Shown in pieces: positions 35,636-45,422 of a DNA stretch of 64,000 nt. The stretch lies in NCBI RefSeq assembly GCF_026626685.1, contig NZ_JAPNJX010000001.1, forward strand, positions 204,752 through 268,751, written 5' to 3'. The DNA comes from Nannocystis sp. SCPEA4. Its GTDB lineage: Bacteria; Myxococcota_A; Polyangia; Nannocystales; Nannocystaceae. Every line of letters begins with the position of its first letter. The first letter of the stretch is position 1. The notes under the pieces are model-generated. The model ran no database searches and was not told where the DNA came from. It was given only the letters and a program-made list of their open reading frames with translations. A program made the position numbers and the translations under genes.

Positions 35636-36772
35636 ATGCGCAATGAAACGCCGCTCGGCCGGGCGTGCGGGGCGGTTCCGCCCGAAATTGCGGCGAGCGA
35701 CCCGAACATAGCCGTTCAAACATGTCCAGCGCGCCAGCCGAACAGCGGCATCGCGGTCACGCGCGCGCTTTCGTCGGTTTTTTGGTCGACCTCGACGACC
35801 GGTCTACGCTCTCGAACCGTGGAACTCGCTACCGCGCAGCGCCCGACCCTCTCCGACCTCGGCGACCACTTGCCGGGCGGCGAGGTCATCGAGCTCCCGG
35901 TCGAGATCGACAGCCCGCTCGAGCACCTCGAGCGCTACACCGTCCTGCGCCTGATCGGCGCCGGCGGGATGGGCAAGATCTACCAGGCCTACGACAGCCT
36001 GCTCGAGCGGAACGTCGCGCTCAAGGTCATGCACACCGACGTCCCGGCGCGCGAGCAGCGACGCTTCCGTCGCGAGGCCATCCTCGGCGCGCGCCTCCTC
36101 CACCCCTGCCTGGTCCGCGTCTACGACATGGGCGTCGACGAGCGCGGCCAGACCGAGTGGATGGCGATGGAGTACCTGCCCGGCACCGACATGCTGCGCC
36201 TGCTCGACGCCACGCGCGCGCGCGGCCGGGTGGTCCCCTGGCCGGCGCTCGTGCGCGGCCTGTCGCAGGTGCTGATGGCCCTGCAGTACCTCCACGACTG
36301 CCGGATCGTCCACTGCGATGTGAAGCCGGCCAACATGTTCGTGACCCGCGATCCGAACACGCGCTTCTTGACCACCAAGCTGCTCGACCTCGGTATCGCC
36401 TACGACCTCGACGGCCCGCGGCCCGGCCCCACCGACCCGCTCTGTGGCGACCCCAACTACATCGCCCCCGAGCAGACCGTGCACGGCGGCGTCATCGATC
36501 CGCGGACCGACGTCTACGCCGTCGGCGTCAGCCTCTACGAGCTCGCCACCGGCGTGCTCCCCTTCGAGGAGCTGACGAGCGCGCCGCTGCACGAGCTCCT
36601 GATCGCCCAGCGCGACCTGACGCCGCCGCCGCCGAGCTCGCGCCTGCCGGCCGGCACGCCACCTGAACTTGCGGACAGGCTCGACTGGATCTTCAGCCGC
36701 GCGTGCGCCAAGGACCCCGCGCGTCGCTACCCGAGCGCGCGGGCGATGCAGGCCGCGCTGAACACCGACTGA
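35636..36772 (+). CDS. serine/threonine protein kinase
   Basis: LIGAGGMGKIYQA, HCDVKPANMF, DLGIAYD and APEQ motifs. An alternative GTG start lies near 35818. It is divergent from the giant kinase. Confidence 0.8.
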   Translation: MRNETPLGRACGAVPPEIAASDPNIAVQTCPARQPNSGIAVTRALSSVFWSTSTTGLRSRTVELATAQRPTLSDLGDHLPGGEVIELPVEIDSPLEHLERYTVLRLIGAGGMGKIYQAYDSLLERNVALKVMHTDVPAREQRRFRREAILGARLLHPCLVRVYDMGVDERGQTEWMAMEYLPGTDMLRLLDATRARGRVVPWPALVRGLSQVLMALQYLHDCRIVHCDVKPANMFVTRDPNTRFLTTKLLDLGIAYDLDGPRPGPTDPLCGDPNYIAPEQTVHGGVIDPRTDVYAVGVSLYELATGVLPFEELTSAPLHELLIAQRDLTPPPPSSRLPAGTPPELADRLDWIFSRACAKDPARRYPSARAMQAALNTD

Positions 36773-36904
36773 CCGCGCGTCCTCGCGTCGACGTGTAAGG
36801 CCGTGTCGCCCCCGTGCGCGGCCTTTCGACCCCGAACGCGGACCCGGTGCGGCCTGGGAGCCTCGCTTGCCGACGCCGATCGCCGATGCGTATGATCGCG
36901 CAGC

Positions 36905-38860
36905 GTGTTGAAGACCGTACGGGTGCCGCCGGAGCTCGAGCCGCTGTTCGAGCAGGCGCAGGAGGACGTCGGACGCTTCTTCGCGGAGCGCCGTGACGTC
37001 CCTGACAAGGCCACCATCGAGGTCTTCGGCCAGCGCTACATGCTGGTGCGGGCGCGGGCCATGTCGGTCGAGTTCTTCGAGATGGTCCAGCGGCTGTACC
37101 GCGACAAGGGCCAGGACGAGGCCCTGGGGGTCGCCCGTAGCCTGTTGTTCGACATCGCACACGCCATGGGTCTGGCCGACGCCAACGACCTCGCCGATCG
37201 CATGCAGTTGCAAGATCCGATCGCGCGGCTGTCGGCCGGTCCGATCCACTTCTCGCACTCGGGGTGGGCCTTCGTCGACATCTCGCCCGAGAGTCGGCCC
37301 GTACCCAACGAGAGCTTCTACCTCATCTACGATCACCCCTACTCGTTCGAGTCGGACTCGTGGATCGACGCCGGCAAGCGCACGGACTTTCCGGTGTGCG
37401 TGATGAACGCGGGCTACTCGTCGGGGTGGTGCGAAGCCAGCTTCGGGGTCCCGCTGGTCGCCTCGGAGATCCTCTGCCGGGCCAAGGGCGACGAGCACTG
37501 TCGCTTCATCATGGCCCACCCCTCGCGCATCGAGGGCTACATCCACGACTACTTGCACGGCCGGCCGCATCTCGCCAGCCACGTCACGCGCTACGAGATC
37601 CCGGGCTTCTTCTCGCGCAAGCAGCAGGAGGACGAGCTGCGCAGCCGCGAGGAGCAGTACCGCGGGATCTTCGAGGCCGGCACCAACGCGCTCTTGATCC
37701 TCGACGACCACACCGGTGTGGTCGTCGAGGCCAACCCGGCCGCCTCGCAGCTGTTCCGCTGCTCGCGCGCCGACCTCGGCCGGTGCCGCTTCGCCGAGCT
37801 GCTCGAGGCCTCGGGTGGCGCCGACCTGTTCGCCCGCATGCGCGCCGCCGTCCACGAGCTCGGCTACTTCCTGTCCGAGGGGATCGCCACCGCCCGCGAC
37901 GGCGAGACCTTCGTCGTCGAGCTGCGGGGCGCCCGCTTCCGCCTGCAGAACCGCGACCACCTGCTCGCCGTGCTCACCGACATCACCGAGCAGAAGCGGG
38001 CCCAGCTGGCGCTGCGCAAGGCCCACGACGAGCTCGAGCAGCGGGTCCGCGAGCGCACCGCCGAGCTCGAGCGGCTGAATCAGCAGCTGCACCTCCTCAA
38101 CGGCCAGCTCGTCTCGGCCCGCGACTCGGCGATCGACGCCAGCAAGGCCAAGAGCGCCTTTCTGGCCAACATGAGCCACGAGCTGCGGACCCCGCTCAAC
38201 GCCATCATCGGCTACAGCGAGCTGCTCGAGGACGAGAGCGTCGAGGACGGCCGCCGGCTCGACCTCGGCGACCTCGGCAAGATCCGCGGCGCTGCTCGCC
38301 ACCTCCTCGACCTCATCAACGACATCCTCGACGTCTCCAAGATCGAGGCCGGCAAGATGGAGCTGTTCGTCGAGGACTTTGCGGTCGACGAGCTGGTCCA
38401 GGAGGTCGTCGCCACCATCGAGCCGCTCGTCCACAAGAACGCCAACCGGCTCGACATCGTCGCCCGTCCCGGCCTCGGCCTCGTCAGCCTCGACCGCACC
38501 AAGGTCAAGCAGATCGCCATCAACCTGCTCAGCAACGCCTGCAAGTTCACCCACCGCGGCGTCGTCGGCCTCCGCGTCTCCCGCGAGGTCGGCACCCATG
38601 GCGAACAGCTCGTCCTCGCCGTCCAGGACACCGGCATCGGCATCGACCCCGCCCGCCTCGAGGAGCTGTTCCAGCCGTTCCGCCAGGCCGACGAGTCGAC
38701 CACCCGCAAGTACGGCGGCACCGGCCTCGGCCTGTCGATCAGCCGCCACTACGCCGAGATGATGCACGGCCGCATCGACGCCCGCAGCGCCCCCGGCCTG
38801 GGCTCGACCTTCACCGTCACCCTGCCGATCGCGCTGTCCCGCGTCGAAGCCGCCGAGTGA
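36905..38860 (+). CDS. sensor histidine kinase (N-terminal V4R/XylR-N-like ligand-binding domain, PAS, HisKA, HATPase_c)
   Basis: H-box NMSHELRTPLNAI and the N/G1/G2 boxes (LLSNACKF, DTGIGID, GGTGLGLSI); GTG start. Confidence 0.85.
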   Translation: MLKTVRVPPELEPLFEQAQEDVGRFFAERRDVPDKATIEVFGQRYMLVRARAMSVEFFEMVQRLYRDKGQDEALGVARSLLFDIAHAMGLADANDLADRMQLQDPIARLSAGPIHFSHSGWAFVDISPESRPVPNESFYLIYDHPYSFESDSWIDAGKRTDFPVCVMNAGYSSGWCEASFGVPLVASEILCRAKGDEHCRFIMAHPSRIEGYIHDYLHGRPHLASHVTRYEIPGFFSRKQQEDELRSREEQYRGIFEAGTNALLILDDHTGVVVEANPAASQLFRCSRADLGRCRFAELLEASGGADLFARMRAAVHELGYFLSEGIATARDGETFVVELRGARFRLQNRDHLLAVLTDITEQKRAQLALRKAHDELEQRVRERTAELERLNQQLHLLNGQLVSARDSAIDASKAKSAFLANMSHELRTPLNAIIGYSELLEDESVEDGRRLDLGDLGKIRGAARHLLDLINDILDVSKIEAGKMELFVEDFAVDELVQEVVATIEPLVHKNANRLDIVARPGLGLVSLDRTKVKQIAINLLSNACKFTHRGVVGLRVSREVGTHGEQLVLAVQDTGIGIDPARLEELFQPFRQADESTTRKYGGTGLGLSISRHYAEMMHGRIDARSAPGLGSTFTVTLPIALSRVEAAE

Positions 38861-38865
38861 ACGGA

Positions 38866-38943
38866 CGGACATGCGCCGAGGGGCATGTCCCTTCGAGCAT
38901 GCGTCCCGGGACATGCCCTTGCGGACATGCCCGAAGCGACACT
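38866..38943. repeat. GGACATGYCC-family tandem array (5 units, exact 14-bp period)
   Basis: CATG cores at 38870, 38884, 38898, 38912 and 38926. It sits between the convergent HK and pirin genes. Confidence 0.85.
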
Positions 38944-38959
38944 TCTCGCCCCGCGGCCC

Positions 38960-39898
38960 TCAGCCGATCAGCCGGCCCGAGCGGTAGTCGGCGAACGCCT
39001 GGCGCAGCTCGTCTTCGGTGTTCATCACGAACGGCCCGCGGCGGGCCACCGGCTCGCGTAGCGGCCGACCGGCGAGCAGCAGCAGGCGCGCCCCGGCGTC
39101 GCTGGACAGCGCCAGCGTGTTGCCCTGGCCGAGCACGCCGACCTGTCCCTTGAGCAATTCGCGGCCCTCGCCGCCGAACCGGGCCGCGCCCTCGAGCACG
39201 TAGGCGAACGCGGCCAGGTCGCAGGCGATCGGCTGGCGCAGCCCCGCTCCGGGCTCGAGCGTCACGTCCATCAGCAGCGGCCGCACCGTCACCCCGTCGA
39301 CCGGCCCGCGCTGCCCGGCCAGCTCGCCGGCGACCAGCCGCACCTGCGCGTCGTCGACGGTCAGCATCGGGATCGTCTCGGGCCCCAGCTCCTGGTAGCG
39401 GGGCTTCGTCATCTTCTCCGCCGCCGGCAGGTTGACCCACAGCTGGAAGGCCCACAGCTTGCCCCCGTCCTGCTGGCGCGGCATCTCCTCGTGCACGATC
39501 CCGCGGCCGGCCGTCATCCACTGCGTCGCCCCGGCGCCGATCCGCCCGTGGTTGCCGACGCTGTCGCGGTGCTCGAACGCCCCCGCGAGCACGTACGAGA
39601 CGGTCTCGAAGCCGCGGTGCGGATGCTCCGGAAACCCGGCCTGGTACTCGTCGGGGCGGTCGCTGCGGATCTCGTCGAGCAGCAGGAACGGATCGAGGTC
39701 CGGCAAGCCGCGGTGACCGAGGGCGCGCCGGATCGTCACGCCAGCCCCGTCGCGCGACGGCTGGAACGGATGCATCGCCGTCACCTCTCGCAGCTTCGCG
39801 CTCTTCTTCACCACCGGCGTCGTGATCGACGGCGGCGTGCAACCAGCGAAGATCAGAGCGGGAGCGGCCTTCAAGAGCGCGCGACGCGTCGGTGACAC
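38960..39898 (-). CDS. pirin family protein with Tat/lipoprotein-like signal
   Basis: HPHRGFETVSYVL cupin metal-binding motif and MSPTRRALLKAAPALIFAGC. Confidence 0.8.
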   Translation of the reverse strand: MSPTRRALLKAAPALIFAGCTPPSITTPVVKKSAKLREVTAMHPFQPSRDGAGVTIRRALGHRGLPDLDPFLLLDEIRSDRPDEYQAGFPEHPHRGFETVSYVLAGAFEHRDSVGNHGRIGAGATQWMTAGRGIVHEEMPRQQDGGKLWAFQLWVNLPAAEKMTKPRYQELGPETIPMLTVDDAQVRLVAGELAGQRGPVDGVTVRPLLMDVTLEPGAGLRQPIACDLAAFAYVLEGAARFGGEGRELLKGQVGVLGQGNTLALSSDAGARLLLLAGRPLREPVARRGPFVMNTEDELRQAFADYRSGRLIG

Positions 39899-40312
39899 GC
39901 CCTGACGCTAGTCCCGCGCGCACACCGTTTCAACCTCCTGGCGATGCGCCTCATGTCACGCGTCGGCGGCCTGACCGATCGGTCATGTGTCCGCCGCGGC
40001 GGGCCCGCCGACGCCGCGAGCAGCGCCCTGGAACCAGTCGACACGACCTCGATCCGGCGCAAACACAGGACTCGAGTGTGACAGCAAGACACGAGCCAGC
40101 CGCACATCTCCTGCAACTTCCAATCATCCGCGCCTCCGGCCGGATCCTGCTGGCGCCACGACCCCGGGCACGACCCGAGCTCATCGGCACGCGCCGGGTG
40201 GATCCAGAGCGTCGACCCGCCGGACATCTGCCGGCGGCGGCGACGTACGCGACGAGCCGATCACTTCCTCGCGGCGGCGGGGAAGTCGGCGCCGTCTCTC
40301 GGTCCGCCTCGG

Positions 40313-43204
40313 TCAGCCGCGCTCGCTCGGGTCGAGGCCCTGGATCCCCGCCACCATCACCGCGTGCAGGCGGGGCTCGTCGATGTGGGCCGCGATCGCG
40401 TCGGCGGTGAGGTCGCGCAGGCGGACGATGTCGACCAGCGTCTTGCCCTCGGGCGTGATCGGCGGGAGCACCTGGACATCGATCTGGACATGTCGCGGGA
40501 GCCAGGTGCCGTCGTGCAGCGCGTTGCGAGTGCCCCGCAGCGCGATCGGCACCACCGGCACGCCGGTCTCGGCGGCCAGGCGGAACGCGCCGAGCTTGAA
40601 CGGCCGCAGCCCGGCCTCGCGGCTGAACGTGCCCTCCGGGAACACCACCACCGGCGCGCCCGCGCGCAGCACCTCCGCCACCGCCTCGAGCCCGGCCAGC
40701 GCCCGCTCCGCCTGCAGCCGCTCGATCAGCACGTGACCGGCCCGGCGGATCAGCGGCCCGAACGCCCGGTTGTCGCGGCACTCGCCCTTGACCACGAAGC
40801 GGATCGTGTCGGGCAGCGCCGCCAGCAGCACGAACGGGTCGAGGTAGCTGCAGTGGTTGGGCGCGAGGATACATGGCCCTTGGGGCATGTTCTCGAGGCC
40901 AGTCACGTTCGGGCGCAGGCCGATCGTCGCCATCGTCGCGCGGGCGACCTGGCGCGAGAACTTCCGCAGCGGCGCGCCCGACGGGATCAGCCGCCCGGCC
41001 GCAGTCGACGCGGCGAGCATGCCGCCGAAGGTGCCGAGGGCGAAGCCGCCGTACGCGACCTCGCCGGCGCGCCCGGCCAGCGCGCGGGCGCGGCGCGGCA
41101 GCCCGCGCAGGTACAGCCCGGCGGCCTGGCGAGCGAACGAGCCGTGGCCGCGCCCGAGCTCGCCGGCGAGGTAGAGCTTGCGCGTGTCGCCGCGGCGGAT
41201 CTTGCCGCTCGACGTCTTCGGCACCGCGCCGGGCGCCGTCAGCACCACGCGATCGGGCGGGATCCCGACCGACGCCGCGATCGCCTCGCCGATCTTCTGC
41301 TGCAGCGCCGAACGGGCGGCCGGCCGCTCCTCCTTCGTCTCGGCGACCACCACGATCGACTCGGTCCCGGCCGCCTCGTCGCGGACGGCGAACGCCGCCA
41401 CGCAGCCTTGCCGCACTCCCGCGACCGCGCCCGCCGCGGCCTCGAGCTCGTGCGGGTAGTAGTTGCGGCCGCCCTTGATGATCAGGTCCTTGACGCGACC
41501 CGAGATGAACAGCTCGCCGTTGACCATGTACCCGAGGTCGCCCGAGTCGACCCAGCCGCCCTCGAGCTTGACCTTCGCGGTCGCCTCCGGGTTGCCGTAG
41601 TAGCCCTTGAACGTCGACGGCCCGCGGAACAGGATCCGGCCCTGCTGCCGATCGGGCAGCGCCGCGCCGGCCTCGTCGGCGATCCGCACCTCGTGCTTCG
41701 GCACCGCCGCGCCGCAGCCGACGAAGTGCAGCACCTCGCCCTCGGGCGCGTCGGCGGCGGCCTGTCGCGCCTCGCCCGTCGCCTCGAAGGTCGTGCGCTC
41801 GACGCGATCGACCAGCGGTCCGCGGCCCGGCGGCGGGAACGTCACCGCCACCATGTTCTCGGCCAGGCCGTAGGCGCAGAACAGCGCCTCGCGGTGGAAG
41901 CCCGCCGGCGCCAGGTGCTCGGCGAAGCGGTCGAGCGTGGCCGGCAGGATCGGCTCGGAGCCGTTGAGCAGCGCCCGGATCTGGCCCAGCTGCAGCGGCG
42001 CGATCGCCTCGGGCGCGACCCGCTTGACGCACAGGTCGAACGCGAAGTTCGGCGCGCACGCGATCGTCCCGTGGTAGCTCGAGAACGCCTGCAGCCAGCG
42101 CTCCGGCCGGGCCAGGAACGTCACCGGCGACAGGATCACCGTGGGTGTCCCGAAGTACAGGTTCATCAGCCACCCGCCGACGAGCCCCATGTCGTGGTAG
42201 AGCGGCAGCCAGCTGACCATCACGTCGCCGGGCCGCAGCCCGCAGCCCTCGGCTGCCGCGCGGATGTTGGCGAGCACGTTGGCGTGCGTCAGCTCGACGC
42301 CCTTCGGGTCGCCGGTGCTGCCCGACGTGTACTGCAGCAGCGCCGTGTCCTCGCCGCGCAGGTCGGCCGCCACCGCGGTGTCGAGGCTGGCGTCGGCCAG
42401 CGCCTCGTCGACGTCGAGCACCTGCCCGAGCGCCGGCACCTGGTCGCGGATCAGCTCGGCGACCCGGGCCGCGCGGGCGAACGTGATCAGCACCTCGGCC
42501 TCGGCGTTGGCCAGGATCTTCGCCTCGCGCTGGATGTACTCGGCGATCCGGTCGAGGCGGAACGGCGGGTACAGCGGCACCGGCACCCCGCCGGCCAGCA
42601 GCGCGCCCATGAACGCCGCGAAGTAGCCGCGCGACGTCGGCAGCATGATCGCCACCTTGCCGCCCGGCTTGAGCCCGCGCCGCCGCAGCCCCGCCGCCAC
42701 CCGCCCGGCGTCGCGCCGCAGCGCCGCGTAGGTGATCGGCTCCTCGCGCCCGTCCTCGCGCAGCAGCATGATGTGGACCCGCCCCGGCGCGCGCGCGACG
42801 TGCCAGTCGAGCGCCTCGATCAGCGTCTGCGCCGCCGCCGGGGCCGGCGCCGGCGCGTCCGTCGGGAGAGACAGGTCCTCGCGGACATGCTCCTTCGGAC
42901 CTGTGCTCGTGGACATGTCCGAAGCGCCCTCCCCGCGGGCCTTGCGGGCCAGGGCGAGCAGCTGGCGCGGGGTGTCGGCCTCGCTCAGCGCCTCCTCGGG
43001 GAACACCACACCGAGGCGGGCCTCGAGGCGGCCGAGCAGCTCGACGCGCTCGAGGCTGCCGAGGCCGAGCTCGCGCTCGAGCGAGGCGTCGAGGCGGAGG
43101 TTGCCGAGGCCGCGCCCGTCGCCGACGGCGGAGATGAGCTCACCGACGACGGCGAGGACCGTCGCCTCCTCGATGGGGCCGGGGGCCGGGGGCGTGTCGG
43201 GCAT
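40313..43204 (-). CDS. tri-domain ACP - fatty acyl-AMP ligase (FAAL/acyl-ACP synthetase-like) - 1-acylglycerol-3-phosphate acyltransferase (PlsC-like) fusion
   Basis: N-terminal carrier domain (LGLGSLERVELL), AMP-binding motifs (YTSGSTGDPKGV, GYYGNPEAT), and a C-terminal HxxxxD acyltransferase motif (NHCSYLD, FPEGT). An in-frame repeat array sits in the ACP-FAAL linker (42866-42922). Confidence 0.8.
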   Translation of the reverse strand: MPDTPPAPGPIEEATVLAVVGELISAVGDGRGLGNLRLDASLERELGLGSLERVELLGRLEARLGVVFPEEALSEADTPRQLLALARKARGEGASDMSTSTGPKEHVREDLSLPTDAPAPAPAAAQTLIEALDWHVARAPGRVHIMLLREDGREEPITYAALRRDAGRVAAGLRRRGLKPGGKVAIMLPTSRGYFAAFMGALLAGGVPVPLYPPFRLDRIAEYIQREAKILANAEAEVLITFARAARVAELIRDQVPALGQVLDVDEALADASLDTAVAADLRGEDTALLQYTSGSTGDPKGVELTHANVLANIRAAAEGCGLRPGDVMVSWLPLYHDMGLVGGWLMNLYFGTPTVILSPVTFLARPERWLQAFSSYHGTIACAPNFAFDLCVKRVAPEAIAPLQLGQIRALLNGSEPILPATLDRFAEHLAPAGFHREALFCAYGLAENMVAVTFPPPGRGPLVDRVERTTFEATGEARQAAADAPEGEVLHFVGCGAAVPKHEVRIADEAGAALPDRQQGRILFRGPSTFKGYYGNPEATAKVKLEGGWVDSGDLGYMVNGELFISGRVKDLIIKGGRNYYPHELEAAAGAVAGVRQGCVAAFAVRDEAAGTESIVVVAETKEERPAARSALQQKIGEAIAASVGIPPDRVVLTAPGAVPKTSSGKIRRGDTRKLYLAGELGRGHGSFARQAAGLYLRGLPRRARALAGRAGEVAYGGFALGTFGGMLAASTAAGRLIPSGAPLRKFSRQVARATMATIGLRPNVTGLENMPQGPCILAPNHCSYLDPFVLLAALPDTIRFVVKGECRDNRAFGPLIRRAGHVLIERLQAERALAGLEAVAEVLRAGAPVVVFPEGTFSREAGLRPFKLGAFRLAAETGVPVVPIALRGTRNALHDGTWLPRHVQIDVQVLPPITPEGKTLVDIVRLRDLTADAIAAHIDEPRLHAVMVAGIQGLDPSERG

Positions 43205-43283
43205 GGCGGGGACGATACCCGATCCCCGGCCTCGCGCCGCCCGCCGCGCGGCGGGCCCAGGCGCCCGCGGCCAGTGCCACGGC

Positions 43284-44750
43284 TCACTGCAGCTTGAACT
43301 CGATGCGGCGGTTCTTCGCCTTGCCGTCCTTGGTGTTGTTGTCGGCGATCGGCTCGTCGGGGCCGGCGCCGCGGGTCGTGATCCGCGCGGAGTCGATCCC
43401 CTTGTCGACCAGGTACTTCTTGACCGCGTCGGCGCGCCGCTTCGACAGGTCGATGTTGTGGTCGCGGTCGCCGGAGGCGTCGGTGTGGCCGCTGATCTCG
43501 ACCTTCACCGACGGGAAGTCCTTCAGCACCTTGACCGCGTTGTCGAGCGTCGACTTCGAAGTCTTCTTGATCGAGTCCTTGTCGACGTCGAAGAAGATGC
43601 CCTTGATGACGCCGGTGAACTTGGTGACGGCGCGTGGGACCTCGTCGGCGCAGCCGTCGTCGTCCTGGTAGTTGTTGCGGGTCTCCGGGATCGCCGGGCA
43701 CTTGTCGTCGCGGTCGGGGATCCCGTCCTTGTCCTTGTCGGGCAGCGGGCAGCCGTCGGGCGCGATGCCCTTCTCGTCGGGGCACTTGTCCTTGCTGTCG
43801 ACGAAGCCGTCGCCGTCGCGGTCCTTCTCGGGGCAGCCGTCGGGCGCGATGCCCGGCTCCTGCGGGCAAGCGTCGACCGAGTCGAGGAAGCCGTCGCCGT
43901 CGGCGTCGCCCTCGACCGCCACCGGGCAGCCGTCGGGCGCCACGCCCGGCACCGTCGGGCACTTGTCGACCGAGTCCTTGAACCCGTCGCCGTCGCTGTC
44001 CGGGTCGTCCTTCTGCTTCTGCTTCTTGCGCAGCACGAACGACAGGCCGAGCAGCACCTCGAGGTGGTGCGTGCGGCCGCCGTCGATCGCGTACTGGGCG
44101 GTCGCGTTGTCGCGGACGTCGAGGCGCAGCGCCAGGTAGTTGTTGATGTAGAACTTCACGCCGCCGCCGAAGTGGATCGCCGGGTCGACGTCGCCGCCGA
44201 GCCCCGACGTGCCGAGCAGACCGGGGCCGATCAGCACGAACGGCGAGATCCGGTACGGCAGCTGCGCGATCGCGTAGCCGCGGAAGCCCCCGAGCACCGC
44301 GCCCTTGTTGTCGTTCTCGGTCTTGGTCGGGACGATCGCGCCCTCGAGCTCGACGCCGAGGAACGACAGCGGATAGAAGCCGGCGCGCAGGCCGATGTCG
44401 GCCGCGACCTTCTTGTACGGCTGCCAGTTGTTCGGCTCGCCCGGCTGCGGCGGCAGGTACAGCTCGTGGTCGCGGGCCGGGAAGAACAGGCCGGCGAAGA
44501 TCCCGAACTCCGCCGACATCGCCGTCGGCCGGTAGCGCTTGATCCACGGCACGCCCTTCTGGTCGCCGCTCCTGGCCTTCTTCTCGCGCTTCTTCTTGCC
44601 GGCCTTCGCGTCGCCCGTGGCCGACGCCCCCGTCGGCGACAGCGAGACCGACCCCTCCGCCTTCGCGCCCTCGGGTTCCTGCGCCGCCGCGGGCAGCGAG
44701 AGCGACGAGAGGACCACAGCGGCAGCGACGGGGAGCGAGAGCTTGGACAT
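43284..44750 (-). CDS. OmpA family outer-membrane protein with thrombospondin type 3 repeats
   Basis: Signal peptide, multiple DxDxDGxxDxxDxCP repeats, and a C-terminal OmpA domain (NxxLSxxRAxxV). Confidence 0.85.
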   Translation of the reverse strand: MSKLSLPVAAAVVLSSLSLPAAAQEPEGAKAEGSVSLSPTGASATGDAKAGKKKREKKARSGDQKGVPWIKRYRPTAMSAEFGIFAGLFFPARDHELYLPPQPGEPNNWQPYKKVAADIGLRAGFYPLSFLGVELEGAIVPTKTENDNKGAVLGGFRGYAIAQLPYRISPFVLIGPGLLGTSGLGGDVDPAIHFGGGVKFYINNYLALRLDVRDNATAQYAIDGGRTHHLEVLLGLSFVLRKKQKQKDDPDSDGDGFKDSVDKCPTVPGVAPDGCPVAVEGDADGDGFLDSVDACPQEPGIAPDGCPEKDRDGDGFVDSKDKCPDEKGIAPDGCPLPDKDKDGIPDRDDKCPAIPETRNNYQDDDGCADEVPRAVTKFTGVIKGIFFDVDKDSIKKTSKSTLDNAVKVLKDFPSVKVEISGHTDASGDRDHNIDLSKRRADAVKKYLVDKGIDSARITTRGAGPDEPIADNNTKDGKAKNRRIEFKLQ

Positions 44751-44965
44751 GGTGCGGACCCGTGGGGAAGCGCCGCCTCGTCGTGAGGCGGCAAGACAAC
44801 TTGTACATGCGTTCGTCGGCGTTGCCTAGGCAGCGGCAGCCCCCGCATGGCGCCTGAGGGGCTCTCCGCAGGCCTGCTCGCGCCTGCTTGTTCGGACAGG
44901 CGCGGGCCGGTGTCGCCCGAGACCCGCGCGCGCCAGCGCCCATGCGTGGTACGGTCCCGCGCGCC

Positions 44966-45322
44966 ATGACGGCCGTCCTCTTCGCCCATCCTCGATGCGA
45001 CACCTGCCGCAACGCGCGGCGCTGGCTCGACGCCCACCACGTCCCCTACGATGTCGTCGACCTCACCGTCCGCGCGCCGACCTCCGCCGAGCTGCGCGCG
45101 GTCCTGCGGAACTCCGGCTTGCCGGCGCGCAAGCTGTTCAACACCTCTGGCCAGGCCTACCGCGCCGGCGGCTTCGGCGAGCGGCTGAAGACCATGGACG
45201 ATGACGCCATGATCGCCGCGCTGGCGGCCGACGGCCTGCTCGTCAAGCGCCCGATCTTCACCCGCGACGCGCTCGCGCTGGTCGGCTTCTCCGCAGACGC
45301 CTACGCGCGCGCGCTCGCCTGA
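44966..45322 (+). CDS. ArsC/Spx family protein (YffB-like)
   Basis: MTAVLFAHPRCDTCRNARRWL thioredoxin-like CxxC and ArsC-family length. Confidence 0.65.
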   Translation: MTAVLFAHPRCDTCRNARRWLDAHHVPYDVVDLTVRAPTSAELRAVLRNSGLPARKLFNTSGQAYRAGGFGERLKTMDDDAMIAALAADGLLVKRPIFTRDALALVGFSADAYARALA

Positions 45323-45422
45323 GCTGGCCTGTAAGTCGACCCGCGGCCGCATCGTTGGGGGCGCAGCGGCCCGCACCGCCCGTGAAATCGGTTCACGGCG
45401 CTGCGGGTCCCCCAGGCATGCC

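Noticed and set aside
44760-44790. Hairpin gccgcctc-gtcgt-gaggcggc just upstream of ompA as a terminator
   Set aside because: There is no U-tract and no upstream gene on that strand; more likely a 5'-UTR structure of the minus-strand ompA transcript or chance.
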